From NCBI RefSeq assembly GCF_964213995.1, contig NC_135830.1, positions 11,346,001 through 11,410,000 on the forward strand: a DNA stretch of 64,000 nucleotides, read 5' to 3'. Source of the stretch: Mustelus asterias. Taxonomy: Eukaryota. Below are positions 62,425 through 64,000 of the stretch, one piece after another. Position 1 is the first letter of the stretch. Each line of letters begins with the position of its first letter. A model generated the notes under the pieces. The model had not been told where the DNA came from, searched no databases, and worked only from the letters and a program-made list of their open reading frames with translations. A program made the translations under genes and the position numbers.

Positions 62425-63025
62425 TGATGATTTAACATGTTTTTGTGACTGTCTTGAATCAGTGACTTTAATGCTGGTGTTACTATTTTAAAATAAACTC
62501 ATTCAAAATAATTTAATGCAGACTTTTATAAAGTATCAGATGAAGGAGTTCACAGGAGCCTGTTAATCGCTGGGACAACAATACAACAGGCATTGAGTGA
62601 GGGACAGACGCGACCTGGAAACTGGAGGAGTGAATATTGGAAATACTGACCCTTCAGCACCCAGTGAATTCACACATGGCTCTGAGCTCCTAAACAGGGA
62701 ACAGAAGCTCCTTTACAACTGTGTTTAGAGTCAGGAAGAACAGCGGTGAATGCTGGAAACGTGCTGTCAAATCAGAGATTGGTGTAAAACTGGGATCTGT
62801 TCCTGAGTGAGAGCGAAACAGTGGGTTTAAAATTCCAGTCTGAAAAATGACTGGTATTTATTGTGTGATGATTTAATGTGTTTGCGATAGTCTTGAATCA
62901 GTGACTTTAAAGCTGGTGTTACTAATTTAGAATAAAGCCATTTAAAATAAATCTGTGAAAAATCAGTTGGAGGAGTTAAGAGGAGCCTGTTAACCCTGGG
63001 ACAATTATACAACAGACATTGGATC
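62425..63025. repeat. Diverged ~160-bp direct repeat (62425-62597, 62866-63022)
   Basis: Shared gtcttgaatcagtgacttta.gctggtgttacta and ggagcctgttaa..ctgggacaa. Confidence 0.75.
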
Positions 63026-64000
63026 TTCAGATAGAGAAGGAGCTGCAGTATGTTTCCAGGAATTCCCTGTTTAATTGAGAATAAGCAGCTTCTGGTCCCG
63101 GGTATAAACTGGCGGCAGCTTCTCGGCTGTTTCCGGTGACAGACCCGGCACAGCCAATGAGGGAGCTCTTGCTCAGAGCCGCCTCTGACACTCTCTCTCT
63201 GGTTGGAGGACCAGCTGTCCTTTCTCATTCTTCTTCAGAAGAGTCACATTGGACATGAATCATTAGCTCTGTTTCTCTCTCAACAGATGCTGCCAGACCG
63301 AGAGCTTTTCCAGCGTTTTCTGTTTTTATTTCACCATCTCCACCATTTCTTTCCTCCACTCCCAGTTTTCTCCCTCCCTCTCCTCTGTGTTCAGATCTCC
63401 AGCTCCTGCCTGCAGCCTAACAGTAAAATCAATGATTATCTCTCCTGGTCACTGGGACTCTGAAGCCCCGCCCCCTCGCTGTTGTGTCAAGGTGACCACA
63501 CGTGTGTTCTGCTCCCTGTTGAAACAAAATGGCAGCCATTAATCTGACCCTGGTCTGCAGCAGAATTCCTGGAGCTGCAAATGCAGGACCTGCAGGGTTT
63601 TATTCCAGATTTGCTACCAACCCTGGGTGTTAATGACCCACTGCATCCACCTGCCAGCTCCACCGCTCCCTCATATCTCGCTGCCTCTGCCACCACTTAC
63701 CGGCAGCAAATGGGAGAAAAATCTCTTCTTCACCATCACTCACCTTGGGCATGCTCCAAACAATCCAACGCTGTTATTGTGCATTCGTCTCCCATGATGT
63801 AGAGAGGGGACTTTCCCCATCACAGAGAATGCTGGGTATACTCACCACCATTTAAGTCCCAATTAGTTTTAATTATTTATTTGGTGTGACGGCACGGAGA
63901 CTGGGGTTAGAGTGACAATCAATAAAATTAGGAACTAAATACAGAAACCCAAGTTTACAGTCCCTCTCCAATCTGCCAGACAGTAGGAGATGGGAATTAG

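Overview
Eukaryotic genomic DNA from a cartilaginous fish, probably a shark (inferred from HE1/V-SINEs, a SacSINE1/DeuSINE-like element, CR1 LINEs and Penelope pLTRs). The window is a transposon-dense cluster of tandem C2H2 zinc-finger (ZNF) genes: 7 with an AUG-initiated open array of 5-11 fingers, 1 intact 13-finger ORF with no AUG at all, 2 frameshifted pseudogenes and several relics. Each gene has one coding exon and no recognisable KRAB/SCAN/BTB effector domain. The genes form head-to-head (-/+) pairs around CpG-rich bidirectional promoters about 11-12 kb apart (~10.4, 22.6, 33.4, 44.3, 56.1 kb), built from two reusable promoter modules. Their 5' leaders are fossil zinc fingers with shared stop codons, and the start codon has moved between paralogs. 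Mobile elements include a full-length CR1 with both ORFs open and a U_UUA_AAC heptamer at the ORF1/ORF2 junction, palindromic Penelope-derived insertions with 12-bp TSDs and minimal hammerhead-ribozyme motifs, Copia (GalEa-like) remnants, Rex1 and RTE fragments, and a 26-bp minisatellite. ZNF-A to ZNF-K are my own labels. All calls are by eye, without database searches, and repeat boundaries are approximate.
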